NCBI GenBank assembly: GCA_965221955.1
Contig: CBDCTA010000029.1
Coordinates: 448,001-512,000, forward strand
Direction: 5' to 3'
From: Gammaproteobacteria bacterium
GTDB taxonomy: Bacteria; Pseudomonadota; Gammaproteobacteria; UBA4575
DNA length: 64,000 nucleotides
Shown here: positions 61,015 through 64,000 of the stretch, piece by piece
How the letters are laid out: every line of letters starts with the position of its first letter
Numbering within the stretch: the first letter of the stretch is position 1
Position numbers and translations under genes: made by a program
Notes under the pieces: model-generated
The model's database searches: none
What the model was told of the DNA's origin: nothing
The model's input: the letters and a program-made list of their open reading frames with translations, nothing else

Positions 61015-62826
61015 ATGAATTCTATTCAACAGCTTCCTCCACAGTTAGTAAATCAAATTGCAGCCGGTGAAGTGATCGAACGGCCTGCTTCAGTTTTAAA
61101 AGAGTTACTGGAAAATGCTTTGGATGCAGGTGCGACAAAAATTATTATTGAATTGGAACAAGGGGGTATGCAATCTATTCGAGTAAGTGATAACGGTCTA
61201 GGTATCCCTAAAGATGAAATTCATATGGCGGTACAACGCCATGCGACCAGCAAAATTGCTTCCATGGATGATCTTGAGCACATCGCTACCTTGGGATTTC
61301 GAGGTGAAGCCTTACCAAGCATCGCATCGGTTTCAAAGTTTAGTTTAGCTTCTAATAATAGTGAAGAAGGCAATGCAGGTTGGGTAATCAGTTCAGACGG
61401 TAGAGAATTCAACGAAGAAGTTATGCCGGTGCGACAAACACGTGGCACGACAGTTGAGGTAAAAGATTTATTTTTTAACGTGCCCGCGAGAAAAAAATTC
61501 TTACGCACTGAGAAAACTGAGCTTAAGCACTGTGACAATGTATTACGTAAAATCGCATTAAGTCGCTTTGATGTAACCGTGATCGCGAAACACAATGGGC
61601 GCAATGTGTTTGAGGTAAGTGCATGCGACTTTTTTGAAAAGGGCTCGGATCGAGTAGGTCAAATCAGTGGTAAGCAATTTGCCGAGCAAAGCATTTACTT
61701 AGAAAACGCTGCTCAAGATATTCAAATACAAGGTTGGATTAGCTTACCTACTTTTTCTCGTAGCCAAGCTGACTTGCAATATTTTTATGTAAACGGACGT
61801 GTGATTCGAGACAAAGTGATTTCGCATGCTATCAAACAAGCGTATCAAGATGTGTTGTATCACGGTCGTTTCCCCGCGTTTGTATTGTTTTTAGAAATGG
61901 ATCCGGTACAGGTAGATGTAAATGCGCACCCAACCAAGCACGAGGTTCGGTTTCGCCAAAGTCGTTATGTACACGACTTTATTCGACACACGGTGGGTAA
62001 AGCGATTGCAGAAACAATGCCCAAGCAAGAACAACAAGGGGCAGAACAATACCGAGAAATTGTTGATGATTATATTCGTGCGGCACAAAGCCAAAGTGCA
62101 GTAAAAGATCATTCTTATTCACATGCGAGCTCAACCTCGCAGCATGTGCGTGAACCTGTGCATAGTTATGCTACGCAAACCGCTAATGAATATGATTTGT
62201 TGTTAAGAATGCCCCCTGAAGAAGCGCATACTACAGAAGAAGCGCCACCTCTAGGTTATGCCATTGAACAATTACACGGTATTTATATCTTGGCTCAAAA
62301 CGCAAAGGGATTGGTGATTGTAGACATGCACGCAGCACATGAACGCATTGTGTATGAAAAGCTAAAAACTTCTTATCAACAAGGTGAGCTTGCTACACAA
62401 CCATTACTGATGCCGTTAACCATCAATGTAAGTCCGCAAGAAGCAGTATTGGCCGAACAACATAGTGAAGCGTTTTTAAAATTTGGTTTTCATATAGAGC
62501 GTTTTGGTGAAGATAGTATTGTGGTGCGAGAAATTCCTTCTTTGCTGCAGCAAGCAGATGTCAATACATTGGTGCTAGATGTGCTAGCCGATTTAAATAT
62601 GTTTGGTAGTTCAGAAAAATTAGAGCAAGCGAATAATGAATTATTGTCAACGATGGCATGCTACGGTTCGGTACGTGCACACAGAAAACTTACGCTTGCA
62701 GAAATGAATGCCTTGTTACGTGAAATGGAAGCCACAGAAAGAAGTTCGCAATGCAATCATGGAAGGCCAACTTGGGTGCAATTGAGTATTGATCAGCTCG
62801 ATAAACTCTTCAAGCGCGGCCAATAG
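61015..62826 (+). CDS. mutL: DNA mismatch repair endonuclease MutL
   Basis: IAAGEVIERP, GFRGEAL, DMHAAHERIVYE endonuclease motif, CNHGRP. Confidence 0.98.
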   Translation: MNSIQQLPPQLVNQIAAGEVIERPASVLKELLENALDAGATKIIIELEQGGMQSIRVSDNGLGIPKDEIHMAVQRHATSKIASMDDLEHIATLGFRGEALPSIASVSKFSLASNNSEEGNAGWVISSDGREFNEEVMPVRQTRGTTVEVKDLFFNVPARKKFLRTEKTELKHCDNVLRKIALSRFDVTVIAKHNGRNVFEVSACDFFEKGSDRVGQISGKQFAEQSIYLENAAQDIQIQGWISLPTFSRSQADLQYFYVNGRVIRDKVISHAIKQAYQDVLYHGRFPAFVLFLEMDPVQVDVNAHPTKHEVRFRQSRYVHDFIRHTVGKAIAETMPKQEQQGAEQYREIVDDYIRAAQSQSAVKDHSYSHASSTSQHVREPVHSYATQTANEYDLLLRMPPEEAHTTEEAPPLGYAIEQLHGIYILAQNAKGLVIVDMHAAHERIVYEKLKTSYQQGELATQPLLMPLTINVSPQEAVLAEQHSEAFLKFGFHIERFGEDSIVVREIPSLLQQADVNTLVLDVLADLNMFGSSEKLEQANNELLSTMACYGSVRAHRKLTLAEMNALLREMEATERSSQCNHGRPTWVQLSIDQLDKLFKRGQ

Positions 62827-62952
62827 AAGCCCCTGAATTTGTTTTCTGCTTCGTTAAAAAAATGATCTCAATAGTGCTCATGTATTAGCATATACACTTC
62901 GCTTATTTCGACATTTTTTTGCCTCACATAAAATCAAATCAGAGCCTTCTAT
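62823..62952 (+). mobile_element. MITE-like palindromic element, copy 5
   Basis: ATAGAAG..CTGA.TTT/AAATCAGAGCCTTCTAT ends; overlaps the mutL stop; conserved core. Confidence 0.78.
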
Positions 62953-62960
62953 AAATTGAA

Positions 62961-63890
62961 GTGAATACCTCTCCTGTTATTTGTGTGATGGGTCCTACCG
63001 CTAGTGGTAAGACAGATCTTGCGCTTGCCATTGCAGATGAATTTCCGTGTGAAATTATTAGTGTAGATTCGGTGATGGTGTACCGGGATTTGAATATCGG
63101 ATCTGCTAAACCAAATCAAAAAGTTTTACAACGATATCCGCATCAATTGGTGGATATTATAAATCCCGAAGAAAGTTATTCGGTTGCCAATTTTTGTAGT
63201 GATGCTTTGCGATGCATTGAGCAGGCACATAGTAATCATAAAGTTCCATTGTTAGTGGGTGGCACCATGCTGTATTTCAATGCCTTGCTACATGGATTGT
63301 CCGATATGCCAAGTGCGGATGAAGGGGTAAGAAAAAAGATTACCGAACTTGCAGAAGAAAAGAGCTGGGAGTTTGTGCATGCGCAACTCGCAAAAGTAGA
63401 TCCACAAGCCGCAAAGCGTATCCACCCAAATGATCCGCAGCGCATTCAGCGCGCTTTGGAAGTTTATGAGCTAACCGGAACACCTCTTAGCGAATGGCAT
63501 GCAGATACGGAACCTACTCAGTTTCCTTTTAAAGTTTTAAAGCTAGCATTAATTCCTGAAGATCGTGGGCTTTTGCATAAGCGAATCGAAAATAGATTCG
63601 ATCAAATGCTGCAAACAGGTTTCATGGATGAGATGCGGCAACTTTATCAACGTGATTCTCTACACGAAAATCTACCTTCGATGCGTTCGGTTGGTTACCG
63701 GCAGGCTTGGAAATTTTTAGCGGGTGAATATGATGAAATCATGATGCGCGAAAAAGCAATTATCGCCACTAGGCAGTTCGCAAAACGCCAGCTTACCTGG
63801 CTGCGCAGTGAGTCATCTTTATGCGTTATTCCTGCTGAAAAGCATGATATTCATGATGTTCGTCAACAAATTCACAGTCATTTGGCATAG
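62961..63890 (+). CDS. miaA: tRNA dimethylallyltransferase
   Basis: GPTASGKT, SVDS, VGGTMLY, TRQFAKRQLTW. Confidence 0.97.
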   Translation: MNTSPVICVMGPTASGKTDLALAIADEFPCEIISVDSVMVYRDLNIGSAKPNQKVLQRYPHQLVDIINPEESYSVANFCSDALRCIEQAHSNHKVPLLVGGTMLYFNALLHGLSDMPSADEGVRKKITELAEEKSWEFVHAQLAKVDPQAAKRIHPNDPQRIQRALEVYELTGTPLSEWHADTEPTQFPFKVLKLALIPEDRGLLHKRIENRFDQMLQTGFMDEMRQLYQRDSLHENLPSMRSVGYRQAWKFLAGEYDEIMMREKAIIATRQFAKRQLTWLRSESSLCVIPAEKHDIHDVRQQIHSHLA

Positions 63891-63994
63891 CTGAAAGGGT
63901 GTTGAAACTGCTACACTATAGATATGGTGGGAGTCAAGCTTTCTTGAATGCCCACTAGATAATAACAATAACAAAAACTAGAGGTGTTATAGCA

Positions 63995-64000
63995 ATGTCA
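63995..64000 (+). CDS. Start of a gene after miaA, probably hfq (only 2 codons visible)
   Basis: GAGGTG RBS, ATG TCA, A-rich AATAACAATAACAA leader; identity inferred only from miaA-hfq synteny. Confidence 0.45.

Overview
64 kb of chromosome from an AT-rich Gammaproteobacterium. It is mostly conserved core loci: bamD/rluD/pgeF/clpB, proS, perM-bcp-dapA-bamC, xseB-ispA-dxs, the rubrerythrin-FeS oxidoreductase-DUF3501 cluster, radA, ffh-rpsP-rimM-trmD-rplS, htpG, pcnB-folK-dgk-panBC-pgi and queG-nnr-tsaE-amiB...mutL-miaA. I found no integrase, transposase, tRNA, rRNA or CRISPR array. The main unexplained structure is non-coding. (1) Eight copies of a ~30-bp imperfect palindrome (AATGTCCGCT-N10-AGCGGACATT, asymmetric spacer, usually TTGGGTCGTT) sit only at the borders of three accessory gene modules, like a recombinase-site cassette system whose recombinase is not in the window. 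(2) Three ~50-bp units follow ffh and give four versions of its last codons that differ mainly at synonymous positions. (3) Five copies of a ~125-150-bp TIR-bounded, MITE-like element show compensatory stem changes. An AT-rich island carries a putative sigma54 -> FNR paralogue -> FNR-box promoter cascade upstream of a flavin monooxygenase and dodecin. Three single-base insertions between 30.9 and 37.7 kb look like assembly errors. All calls come from reading the sequence by eye; no database search was run.
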